The translations under genes and the position numbers were made by a program. A DNA stretch of 64,000 bases, taken from the NCBI GenBank assembly GCA_964579725.1, contig CAZOHG010000002.1, forward strand, positions 30,890-94,889. The letters are read 5' to 3'. The stretch is from an uncultured Deferribacteres bacterium. Lineage in GTDB: Bacteria > Zhuqueibacterota > JdFR-76 > BMS3Abin05. Positions 18,568-27,196 of this stretch are shown piece after piece. Below the pieces are notes generated by a model that worked only from the letters and a program-made list of their open reading frames with translations, did no database searches and was not told the DNA's origin. Positions within the stretch are counted from its first letter, which is position 1, and each line of letters begins with the position of its first letter.

Positions 18568-20235
18568 ATGCCGTCCAAATGGTGGGGATGGGGTGAACCT
18601 GAGCGAACGTACAACCTCAAAAATCGCCCCTATTTTTGGCCGTACCTCCGGCAAAAACTCGATTTCCCCCAAAAACCGTTCCTTTTTCCGCCGGACTGGC
18701 GAGAAATTCCCCTTCCGCCGCCCGCCTTTTCCGAATCCGCAAAACGCAAATTAGGGGCCATTTTGCGAGCCGACCAGATCGACGATTCAGCACCTACCCG
18801 ACTGGCTCACGTGTACGGCAAAAGTTACCACGATTTGATTCGCATTCGTACCCGCCAATTCCCTGAATTCCCCGACGCTGTTGTTTTCCCCGAGGACGAA
18901 CAGCAGATCCTGCGGCTTCTCCGCTGGGCACAGGAAGAAAACACTGCTGTGGTTCCGTGGGGCGGCGGCACCAGTGTGGTCGGGGGCGTGGAAGCTCGAA
19001 TCGGCAAAGGGCAAAACAGTCTGGTGGTTTTAAAACTGCAACGAATGAGCCGCCTGGTGGGAATCGACAAAATTTCTCTCATTGCCGAGGCGGAGGCGGG
19101 AATTTTAGGCCCTAACCTGGAGACGGCTCTACAGGCTCAGGGGGTCACGCTTTCCCACTACCCCGAGTCCTTTGAATATTCCACCCTGGGCGGGTGGGCG
19201 GCCACGCGTTCAGCGGGACAACAATCCACGTTGTACGGCAAAATTGAAAAAATGGTGGAAAGCCTGCGGCTTGTGACGCCCAACGGTGTTTTGGAAACGC
19301 CCCCATTCCCGGCTGCCGCCGTGGGCCCCGACCTCAACCAAATGGTTCTGGGGTCGGAAGGCATTTTGGGGATCATTTCCCGCGTGCGCGTTCGGGTAAA
19401 ACCCATTCCCCCCGAAAAATGGTACACGGCCTTTCTTTTTCACTCCTTTTCGGCAGGCCTGGAAGCCGTCAGGGCGATCTTGCAGCAGGGCTTTACTCCG
19501 GCTACGGTGCGCCTGTCGGATCCGGAAGAAACGGACTTTATTTTCGCCCTTCGAGAGAAAAAATCAGGGGCCGTGAGTCAAGGGTTTGAAAAATTGGGAT
19601 TTGGGATTCTAAAGAAAAAGGGGTTTTTGCCGGGCAAGCGTTCTCTCTTAATTCTGGGATTGGAAGGAACGGAAAAATCGGTGCGATTGGAACGCCGAGT
19701 GGTGAGTGAAATCGTGAAAAAATCAAAGGCTTTTTCCTTAGGAAAAAATACGGGCAACGCCTGGTACCGGCACCGCTTCGAAAATCCCTACCTTCGCGAC
19801 ATTTTATTGGATTACGATCTGTTGGTGGACACTCTGGAAACGGCCGCCGAGTGGCAAAATGTGGGGGCTGTGTACGAATCCGGCCGAAGGGGAATTGAAA
19901 CCGCCCTGAAACAGCTTGGCATTCCCGGGCTGGTGACGGTTCACGCCTCCCACGTCTACCCCGACGGGACCTCCCTCTATTTTATTATTTTGGCGGTTCC
20001 ACACGTGGGGAAAGAATTGGAAGAGTGGTGGACAATCAAAAAGAGCGCTTCCGATGCCATTGTTCAGGCGGGCGGGGTCATAAGTCACCATCACGGCATC
20101 GGTTTGGACCACCGCCCCTGGTTGGAAAAAAATATCGGGAAAGAGGGCGTTGGCCTTCTTCGTCAACTCAAACAACAGGTGGACCCGGCCGGGATTTTGA
20201 ACCCGGGAAAATTGCTCCCCGAACCGGGAGATTGA
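18568..20235 (+). CDS. FAD-linked oxidase of the alkyldihydroxyacetone-phosphate synthase (AGPS)-like family
   Basis: There is an N-terminal KWWGWG motif; AGPS has RWNGWG. The FAD-binding PCMH domain is recognisable (VVPWGGGTSVVGG). The C-terminal HHHGIG is present. ATG at 18568 is preferred over TTG at 18541. Confidence 0.7.
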   Translation: MPSKWWGWGEPERTYNLKNRPYFWPYLRQKLDFPQKPFLFPPDWREIPLPPPAFSESAKRKLGAILRADQIDDSAPTRLAHVYGKSYHDLIRIRTRQFPEFPDAVVFPEDEQQILRLLRWAQEENTAVVPWGGGTSVVGGVEARIGKGQNSLVVLKLQRMSRLVGIDKISLIAEAEAGILGPNLETALQAQGVTLSHYPESFEYSTLGGWAATRSAGQQSTLYGKIEKMVESLRLVTPNGVLETPPFPAAAVGPDLNQMVLGSEGILGIISRVRVRVKPIPPEKWYTAFLFHSFSAGLEAVRAILQQGFTPATVRLSDPEETDFIFALREKKSGAVSQGFEKLGFGILKKKGFLPGKRSLLILGLEGTEKSVRLERRVVSEIVKKSKAFSLGKNTGNAWYRHRFENPYLRDILLDYDLLVDTLETAAEWQNVGAVYESGRRGIETALKQLGIPGLVTVHASHVYPDGTSLYFIILAVPHVGKELEEWWTIKKSASDAIVQAGGVISHHHGIGLDHRPWLEKNIGKEGVGLLRQLKQQVDPAGILNPGKLLPEPGD

Positions 20236-20338
20236 CGCTTCGCCACTGGGCGCCTTCAGAAAAACAGAACCAAATCGGGTACCTTGCGTTAGGAGAAAAA
20301 AGCAGCGGCCTGTCAAAAACTGGAAACAGTGAGGACAC

Positions 20339-22042
20339 ATGAACAATCGAACAAATAAAAACGAAAGCCTGGATTTTTCGCCGGAAAGACGCACCAAAAA
20401 TATTGACCTCATGAAACAAGAGCTGTTTGATGTTTTGGTGATTGGGGGTGGCATTACCGGGGTCGGCATTGCCCGCGACGCTGTTTTGCGCGGCTTGAAA
20501 GTAGCGTTGGTCGAAAAAGACGATTTCGCGGCCGGAACCAGCAGCAAATCGTCCAAGTTGGTGCACGGTGGCTTTCGCTACCTCAAACAGGGTGAATTTG
20601 CCCTAGTGCACGAGGCGCTGGTCGAACGCAAAATTCTCATGAACATCGCTCCCCATCTGGTACACCCCACTCCTTGCATTTTGCCAATCTACAAAAATTC
20701 GGCGGAGCCGCCCTGGATGATTCACATCGGGCTCTGGCTCTATGATTTGCTGGCTTTTACTAAAAACATCGGGCGGCACCGAATGCTGACGCTCGAGGAA
20801 ATCGCCCAAATGGAACCGGAACTCCGGCAGGAAGATTTGCGAAAAGCCGCCCAATATTTTGATTGCAAAGCGGACGATTTTCGATTGGTGCTGGCCACGG
20901 TACAATCGGCTGCCCAGAGCGGGGCTGTCATTGCCAACTACGTCAAGGCTGTAGAAGTGCTGAAAGAAGATCACAGGGTTACCGGTATTGTGGCCAAAGA
21001 TCAATTGACGGGAGCAACCTTGAAGATTCGGGCGCGAGCCATCGCCAATGCGACGGGACCCTGGAGTGACCGCGTCCAACAGGAATTGTTCGGGGAAATG
21101 AAACCGCACGTGCGCACCACCAAAGGGGTACACCTTTTGGTTCACCGCGACGATTTACCCATTCACCACGCTTTCATGCAATTTTCGATCCAGGACGGCC
21201 GACCCATTTTCGCCATTCCATGGAAAAATATTGTTCTTTTGGGCACCACCGACACTGATTACACAGGCGATCCCGATCGCATTGAAACCGAACGCGAAGA
21301 CGTCGACTACATTTTGGAATCCTTCAACTACTATTTTCCCCGGGCACACTTGACCGACGACAAAGTGCTTTCGGCATTTGCCGGTCTGCGGCCGCTTTTG
21401 CGCGAAGAAGGCAAATCGGCGTCACAGGTCACCCGTGAACACCGCATTTTTGAGACAGCACCCGGCTTTTTCAGCATTGTCGGCGGCAAACTCACCACTC
21501 ACCGTGTCATGGCTGACGACATGGTGAACCGCATCGCCAGCTATTTGGGAAAGAACTTTCACATTCGCCCGAAATTGCGGAAAACCGTCACGGCCACGGT
21601 CCCGCTTTACGGGGGCGACATCGAAAATTTCGACCTCTTTTACGCTCACTGGCGGGAAAAATTAACCCGACGGCACCAATTCGATTCGGACATTGCCGAG
21701 CATTTTATTGAAACATTCGGGACGAAAATTCCGGATTTGTTGGAAGCCATTGCCCAAACCCCGCACGGAGCGGAACGCATTCACCCCAAACTGCCCCATG
21801 TGTGGGGAGAATTAACCTACGCTCTTGAACACGAAATGACCCTGGCTTTAGACGATTTCCTCATTCGCCGCACCCACATTTTCTCCCTGGAAAAAAATCA
21901 GGGATTGGATGTGTACCCGAAAATTTTGCCCGTTTTGTCCAGGCGACTGGAGTGGACCAAAAAGGAAGAAGAAAAACAGGTGGCACGTCTGAAAATGAAG
22001 GTCGCGCTGACACAAGAATTCAGGCAAAAGGTTCGAAAATGA
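20339..22042 (+). CDS. glpD: FAD-dependent glycerol-3-phosphate dehydrogenase
   Basis: The FAD-binding N-terminus is DVLVIGGGITGVGIARDAVLRGLKVALVEK. Overall GlpD/GlpA architecture is present, including the C-terminal helical domain. Confidence 0.85.
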   Translation: MNNRTNKNESLDFSPERRTKNIDLMKQELFDVLVIGGGITGVGIARDAVLRGLKVALVEKDDFAAGTSSKSSKLVHGGFRYLKQGEFALVHEALVERKILMNIAPHLVHPTPCILPIYKNSAEPPWMIHIGLWLYDLLAFTKNIGRHRMLTLEEIAQMEPELRQEDLRKAAQYFDCKADDFRLVLATVQSAAQSGAVIANYVKAVEVLKEDHRVTGIVAKDQLTGATLKIRARAIANATGPWSDRVQQELFGEMKPHVRTTKGVHLLVHRDDLPIHHAFMQFSIQDGRPIFAIPWKNIVLLGTTDTDYTGDPDRIETEREDVDYILESFNYYFPRAHLTDDKVLSAFAGLRPLLREEGKSASQVTREHRIFETAPGFFSIVGGKLTTHRVMADDMVNRIASYLGKNFHIRPKLRKTVTATVPLYGGDIENFDLFYAHWREKLTRRHQFDSDIAEHFIETFGTKIPDLLEAIAQTPHGAERIHPKLPHVWGELTYALEHEMTLALDDFLIRRTHIFSLEKNQGLDVYPKILPVLSRRLEWTKKEEEKQVARLKMKVALTQEFRQKVRK

Positions 22043-22965
22043 CCCGAACCTGTTTTATTGTGAACCCCGTTTCGGCGGCGGGGAAAACAGGACGCTGGTG
22101 GCCCAGGGTGGAAAGGGTAATCCGGCGCCTGTGGGGACGGGATTTCGAGGTCGCTTTTACGGAACGTCCCTGGCACGCTGCGGAATTGACATCTCGGGCA
22201 CTGCGTCGGGGCTGTTTGCGCGTCGTCTCCGTTGGCGGAGACGGGACGCTAAACGAGGTGGTGAACGGCTTTTTCGACCGGGGCCGTTTTATTCAGCCCC
22301 AGGCTGCATTAGGCCTTTTGGAACTGGGCACGGGGGCCGATTTCGCGAAATCCCTTCCCCTGCCAAAGAAGCCCGAAGAGGTTTTGGAAATTATTCGAAA
22401 CGGACGTTCTCGAAAAATCGATCTCGGATTGGCTGAATTTACCGGTACAAACGGCACCGTTTGCTCGCGCTATTTCGTGAACATTCTGGACTTTGGACTG
22501 GGCGGTGCCGTCGTGGAACGGGTGAATCGAGCGTCCAAGCGGTGGGGCGGAAAAGCGGCTTTTTTAAAGGGCATTTTGGTGACCTTGGCCACGTACAAAA
22601 ACAAAACCATTCGATTCCAATTGGACGACGGCCCGTGGCAAACTCGAAAATTGAACAACTTTATTGTGGCCAACGGGCGGTATTTCGGAGGAGGGCTTCT
22701 TCCGGCTCCTCAGGCCGATCTGTCCGATGGGAAATTTGACATCGTTTTCCTCGGGGATGTGGGACGCTTGGAGGCCGTGCTGAATCTTTCCAAATTGAGA
22801 AAGGGAACGCATTTTGAAAACCCCAAGGTTTCGGGCACCCGTGCCGCTCGTGTGCAGGCGGAATCGGAAGAGCCCGTTTTTATTGACATTGACGGCGAAT
22901 TTGTCGGTACCCTTCCCATAAAAATTTTGGTTTTGCCTCAAATTTTGCCTATATTAATCCATTGA
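22039..22965 (+). CDS. Diacylglycerol-kinase-family lipid kinase (YegS/DagK-like)
   Basis: The DAGK_cat signature is VVSVGGDGTLNEVVNG. Its ATG overlaps the glpD stop in an ATGA arrangement, which suggests translational coupling. Confidence 0.8.
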   Translation: MTRTCFIVNPVSAAGKTGRWWPRVERVIRRLWGRDFEVAFTERPWHAAELTSRALRRGCLRVVSVGGDGTLNEVVNGFFDRGRFIQPQAALGLLELGTGADFAKSLPLPKKPEEVLEIIRNGRSRKIDLGLAEFTGTNGTVCSRYFVNILDFGLGGAVVERVNRASKRWGGKAAFLKGILVTLATYKNKTIRFQLDDGPWQTRKLNNFIVANGRYFGGGLLPAPQADLSDGKFDIVFLGDVGRLEAVLNLSKLRKGTHFENPKVSGTRAARVQAESEEPVFIDIDGEFVGTLPIKILVLPQILPILIH

Positions 22966-23145
22966 TCTGGACAGGGCCTCTGTATTTTCGGAGACCAGAA
23001 TCGGAGGTAGAAAAAAACGCCTATTTTCGCCCGTTTCGGCGAACTCAAACAGGTGCAAAAAAATACCCAGGCTCGAAATAGGGGATTTTCTTCGTAATTT
23101 TTCAAAGAACGAACTCTTGAACTGAGAACCAAAAAGGGAGTCTGT

Positions 23146-24441
23146 ATGTTAGGGAAACATCCAAAGGGATTAAAAGTACTGTTTTTTACGGAAATGTGGG
23201 AGCGGTTCGGTTTTTACACCATGTTGGCGCTTCTGGTTCTGTACATGAAACACGTGTTCGGCTGGGACGAGCACAAAATGGGACAGGTGTATGGGCTGTT
23301 TTTGGGACTCGTCTATTTCACACCACTTTTCGGAGGCTGGATCGCCGACCACGTCCTCGGCTACCGCCGAACAATTATGTTAGGGGCAGTCACCATGGCG
23401 GTTGGCTATGGCATGTTGGCCGTTCCGCATCCGGCGGAGCTTTTTTTCTACTTGAGTCTGGCTGTTATTGTTATTGGAAACGGATTGTTCAAGGCCAATA
23501 TTTCCGTTTTGGTTGGAAATTTGTACCCGCCTGACAGTCCGTTAAAGGACGAAAGTTACAATATTTTTTACATGGGGATTAACATCGGCGCCCTTTTGGC
23601 CCCTTTTGCCGCCAGCTACATGCGGAACACCTTTAGTTTCAACGCCGCTTTCGCCGTTTCGGCCGGGGGCATGCTCCTGAGCCTGATTATTTTCGAGTTG
23701 GGGAAAAAGCACTACCTTGTCCAGGGGGCCAAACCCAGCGAAGCCAAATTGGAAGAAGTCAAAATGACCAAATCGCAAGAAAAAGAGCGTATTTGGGCAT
23801 TGTTAGCCATTTTTGCCATTGTTATTTTTTTCTGGATGTCGTTTCACCAAAACGGCTTTGCCCTCACCCTTTTCGCCGACCAAGCCACGCGGCCGGTGAT
23901 TTCGCCCGAATTGTACCAGGCTTTCAACCCGATGTTTATTCTCATTTTGACGCCTCTCATTGTGGGCTTTTTCGCGATGTTACGCAAACGGGGCAAAGAG
24001 CCTTCCACCCCGGGCAAAATCGGAATCGGGATGTTTCTGGCGGGAACAGCCTTTGCCGTCATGATTGTGGCGTCTCTGGCCGGCGGAAATTTGGACAATC
24101 AGTCGCTCTCGCCTTCCTGGCTAATCAGCACCTATTTTATTATGACCATTGCGGAATTGTTTTTGAGTCCGATGGGGCTGTCGTTTGTGTCCAAAATTGC
24201 CCCAACCCGCATGCGGGGCACCATGATGGGAGGCTGGTTTACAGCCACGGCTATTGGAAATTACCTGTCCGGTTTTCTTGGCTCCTTCTACGGCACGTGG
24301 AAACACAGCACTTTTTTTGCCGTTTTGGTGACGGCCAGTCTGTTTTCGGCACTGTTAGTCTTTTTGCTTTTGAAGAAATTAAAGCACGCTACCCGGAGCG
24401 AAATTGACGTTCTCGAAATGGAAGCTGACGTGGCGGTGTAG
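23146..24441 (+). CDS. POT/PTR2-family proton-dependent di/tripeptide transporter
   Basis: The PTR2 signature FTEMWERFGFYTMLALLVLYM is at the N-terminus. A multi-TM MFS fold follows. Confidence 0.8.
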   Translation: MLGKHPKGLKVLFFTEMWERFGFYTMLALLVLYMKHVFGWDEHKMGQVYGLFLGLVYFTPLFGGWIADHVLGYRRTIMLGAVTMAVGYGMLAVPHPAELFFYLSLAVIVIGNGLFKANISVLVGNLYPPDSPLKDESYNIFYMGINIGALLAPFAASYMRNTFSFNAAFAVSAGGMLLSLIIFELGKKHYLVQGAKPSEAKLEEVKMTKSQEKERIWALLAIFAIVIFFWMSFHQNGFALTLFADQATRPVISPELYQAFNPMFILILTPLIVGFFAMLRKRGKEPSTPGKIGIGMFLAGTAFAVMIVASLAGGNLDNQSLSPSWLISTYFIMTIAELFLSPMGLSFVSKIAPTRMRGTMMGGWFTATAIGNYLSGFLGSFYGTWKHSTFFAVLVTASLFSALLVFLLLKKLKHATRSEIDVLEMEADVAV

Positions 24442-24688
24442 CTTGCTCACATTTGCGGGAAGTTGTGGGGATTCGACATTTTGAATCCCTACAATCTCCT
24501 CTGGCAAAACAAGCCCGCATCCGATTGAACAGCCTTTCAGAGGGTCAACATTGAGCCGTAATCTTGCCGTTTGGCGCGCCGGAACAAAGGCGCGGGGCAA
24601 TCTGATTTTTGCTTTCCAAATGGTTTTCTCGATTTTTACTCCGGGGGGAAATCCTGCCGCACAGATTTCAAAATCTTTCAAAATTTTT

Positions 24689-24717
24689 ATTGACAATGCC
24701 GCCTGAAATGAGTAAGT
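24689..24717 (+). promoter_or_regulatory. Candidate sigma70-type promoter: TTGACA, 17-nt spacer, TAAGTT
   Basis: Read in the intergenic region upstream of the 24835 gene. Confidence 0.3.
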
Positions 24718-24834
24718 TAAAGTGAAACCATTGCGGGATATTTAATCATGAAACATTTGCTCGTTTTCTCTCGCCGTTTTAGGGAAAAAACAAAAACGCA
24801 ATTCTGCTGTAAAAACAAAATTCTTCTCTAAAAT

Positions 24835-27138
24835 ATGGCCAAAAAAGCCGCTCGGAAAATTGAGGAAAAAATCCTCGACTATTTGCGGAATTACCCACAC
24901 CTGTCGGAGAACTTCTACCGTCAGTTACTCATCTCCCTTCACACCGAAAAAAATGTGACCGTCGACCAGATTTACGAGGCTGCGCACAAACAGCTTAAAC
25001 AAGAAATAGAACGTGCGGACGAGCACAATCCCAACGAAGGCACAGCCCGCCGTTGGGACCAGAAAGAAAAAATCATCATGCATTCGCTCATTGTGCGGTA
25101 CGCGTCCGAACTGTTCACCGAAGAAGAAATCGACACCATTTTCGCGGTGGCGCGGGGGCGCAGCGAGGCACAAAAATTGGAGGATATCGCCTCGCTGCCG
25201 GACGTGTCGTTTCGTCTTTTGGCCGACCGCCTCAAGGAATTTTGCGCTCTCACCAACAATTCGGAAAACATTCCGGAATCGGAGGCCATGGGGATTCGAG
25301 TCGCTCTGATTCGCCATTTCATCAGCGACCAGCTGGAATTTATCGGAGTAGCCAAACGCTACCTGAAAATTTGTGATTTCCTGCCCATCGTCGAAAATTC
25401 CATCGGCCCGAAACGAGGCATTGGGAAGATCGGGGGCAAAGCAGCCGGGATGTTTTTGGCCTACAAAATTTTGTGCCGCCAGCGGGAAAAATCCAAAGAA
25501 CCCGGTTGCCCTGTGGCAATCCCGGAATCCTATTTTTTGCGATCCGACCTGTATCTGGAGTTCATTAATCGGAACGGATTGATTAAATTTTACGACGAAA
25601 AATACAAGCCCATTGAGGAAATTCGCGCTGATTTTCCCATGATTAAAGAAGTTTTTAAGAACGGCGAGTTTCCCGAAAATATCGTAAAAAAATTGCGCAA
25701 GCTTTTGAAAAAGTGGGGGAAAACGCCGATTATTGTCCGGTCCAGCAGTCTTTTGGAGGACAATTTCGGGTCGGCTTTTTCGGGCAAATACGACAGCATT
25801 TTTCTCCCCAATCAGGACACCCTGGAAAATCGCCTTCAGGCCCTGTTGGGCGCAATTGCGGAAGTGTACGCCAGCACCCTCGGCCCGGACCCCATTCTTT
25901 ACCGACGTGAACGCAATCTAATTGATTACGATGAACAAATGGGCATCCTCATTCAAAAGGTGGTCGGCATTCAATACCGCCATTATTATTTGCCCATTTG
26001 GGCAGGGGTCGGTTTTGCGCGAAACGAGTACCGCTGGAGCAAACGCATTCGGAAAGAAGACGGTTTGCTCCGACTGGTCATGGGATTGGGAACCCGAGCC
26101 GTAGATCGCGTGGGTAGCGATTACCCGCGAATGGTGGCACTGAGCATCCCTTCTCTCCGCCCCGAAGCCAATATTGCGGATATTCGAAAATATTCCCAGC
26201 GCTACATTGACGTGATTAATCTCCAAACCAATCGCCTGGAAACGGTCACTCTGGATCACATGCTAAGCGACGAGCCCTTTCCCTTTCTCGATCAAATTGT
26301 CTCCATTGAAAAAGACAACGACCTCCAAACCCCCGTGGGGAAAATTCTCCGTCCCGCCGGCCAACGGTTTGTCATTACTTTTGACAAATTGCTCATGCAG
26401 ACGCACTATCCGCAGATTTTGAAAAAGGCATTGAAAACCCTCGAAAAGGCCTACGGCTACCCGGTGGACATCGAATTTGCTTTTGACGGGCAAAGCCTTT
26501 TTATTTTGCAATGCCGCCCCCAAACACGTATTTCGGAACATCACAGACCCCACATTCCGGAAAATCTGCCGGAGGAAGCCATCCTGTTTACGGCGAACCA
26601 CGACGTTCCCAACGGAGTGGTGCGAAAAATCGACACTATTGTGTACATTGATCCCAAGAAATACGACCAAATTCAGTCCTACCACGATAAACTAACCGTT
26701 GGTAAAATTGTGGGAAAACTGAACGTCCGGCTGGCTCATCGAAAATTCATTCTCATGGGCCCCGGACGCTGGGGCAGCAACGACATTAATTTGGGGGTAC
26801 GGGTTCGCTACGCCGATATTAGCCGCACCAAAATGCTCATTGAAATCGCGCGGCAAACCGGTAATTACATTCCGGAAGTTTCGTTCGGTACGCACTTTTT
26901 CCAAGATCTGGTGGAAGCAAAAATTTACCATTTGCCCCTTTACCCCGACGAAAAAAATGTACGCTTCAACGAGACTTTTTTTCAGCAAGCCCCGAACGAA
27001 TTGGCCGAAATTGTTCCGGAATACGCACAATTTGCAGACGTGGTGCGCGTTATTGACGTGCCGAAGGCCACTGGCGGCAAAACCCTGACCGTCGCTCTGG
27101 ACGGCGAAAACGAACAAGCCGTCGCTTATTTTGAATAA
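24835..27138 (+). CDS. PEP/pyruvate-binding (PPDK_N) domain protein with unknown N- and C-terminal extensions
   Basis: The central region matches the PPDK_N ATP-grasp pattern: IGGKAAGMFLAY, VRSSSLLEDNFGSAFSGKYDSIF, GILIQKVVG and GLGTRAVD. I see no phosphohistidine swivel domain or PEP-utilizer domain. Confidence 0.6.
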   Translation: MAKKAARKIEEKILDYLRNYPHLSENFYRQLLISLHTEKNVTVDQIYEAAHKQLKQEIERADEHNPNEGTARRWDQKEKIIMHSLIVRYASELFTEEEIDTIFAVARGRSEAQKLEDIASLPDVSFRLLADRLKEFCALTNNSENIPESEAMGIRVALIRHFISDQLEFIGVAKRYLKICDFLPIVENSIGPKRGIGKIGGKAAGMFLAYKILCRQREKSKEPGCPVAIPESYFLRSDLYLEFINRNGLIKFYDEKYKPIEEIRADFPMIKEVFKNGEFPENIVKKLRKLLKKWGKTPIIVRSSSLLEDNFGSAFSGKYDSIFLPNQDTLENRLQALLGAIAEVYASTLGPDPILYRRERNLIDYDEQMGILIQKVVGIQYRHYYLPIWAGVGFARNEYRWSKRIRKEDGLLRLVMGLGTRAVDRVGSDYPRMVALSIPSLRPEANIADIRKYSQRYIDVINLQTNRLETVTLDHMLSDEPFPFLDQIVSIEKDNDLQTPVGKILRPAGQRFVITFDKLLMQTHYPQILKKALKTLEKAYGYPVDIEFAFDGQSLFILQCRPQTRISEHHRPHIPENLPEEAILFTANHDVPNGVVRKIDTIVYIDPKKYDQIQSYHDKLTVGKIVGKLNVRLAHRKFILMGPGRWGSNDINLGVRVRYADISRTKMLIEIARQTGNYIPEVSFGTHFFQDLVEAKIYHLPLYPDEKNVRFNETFFQQAPNELAEIVPEYAQFADVVRVIDVPKATGGKTLTVALDGENEQAVAYFE

Positions 27139-27196
27139 AAACAGCGCACGCTCTCAGCAAAAAAACAAAGCAAATGAACCATTCTAAGGTCAAAAA

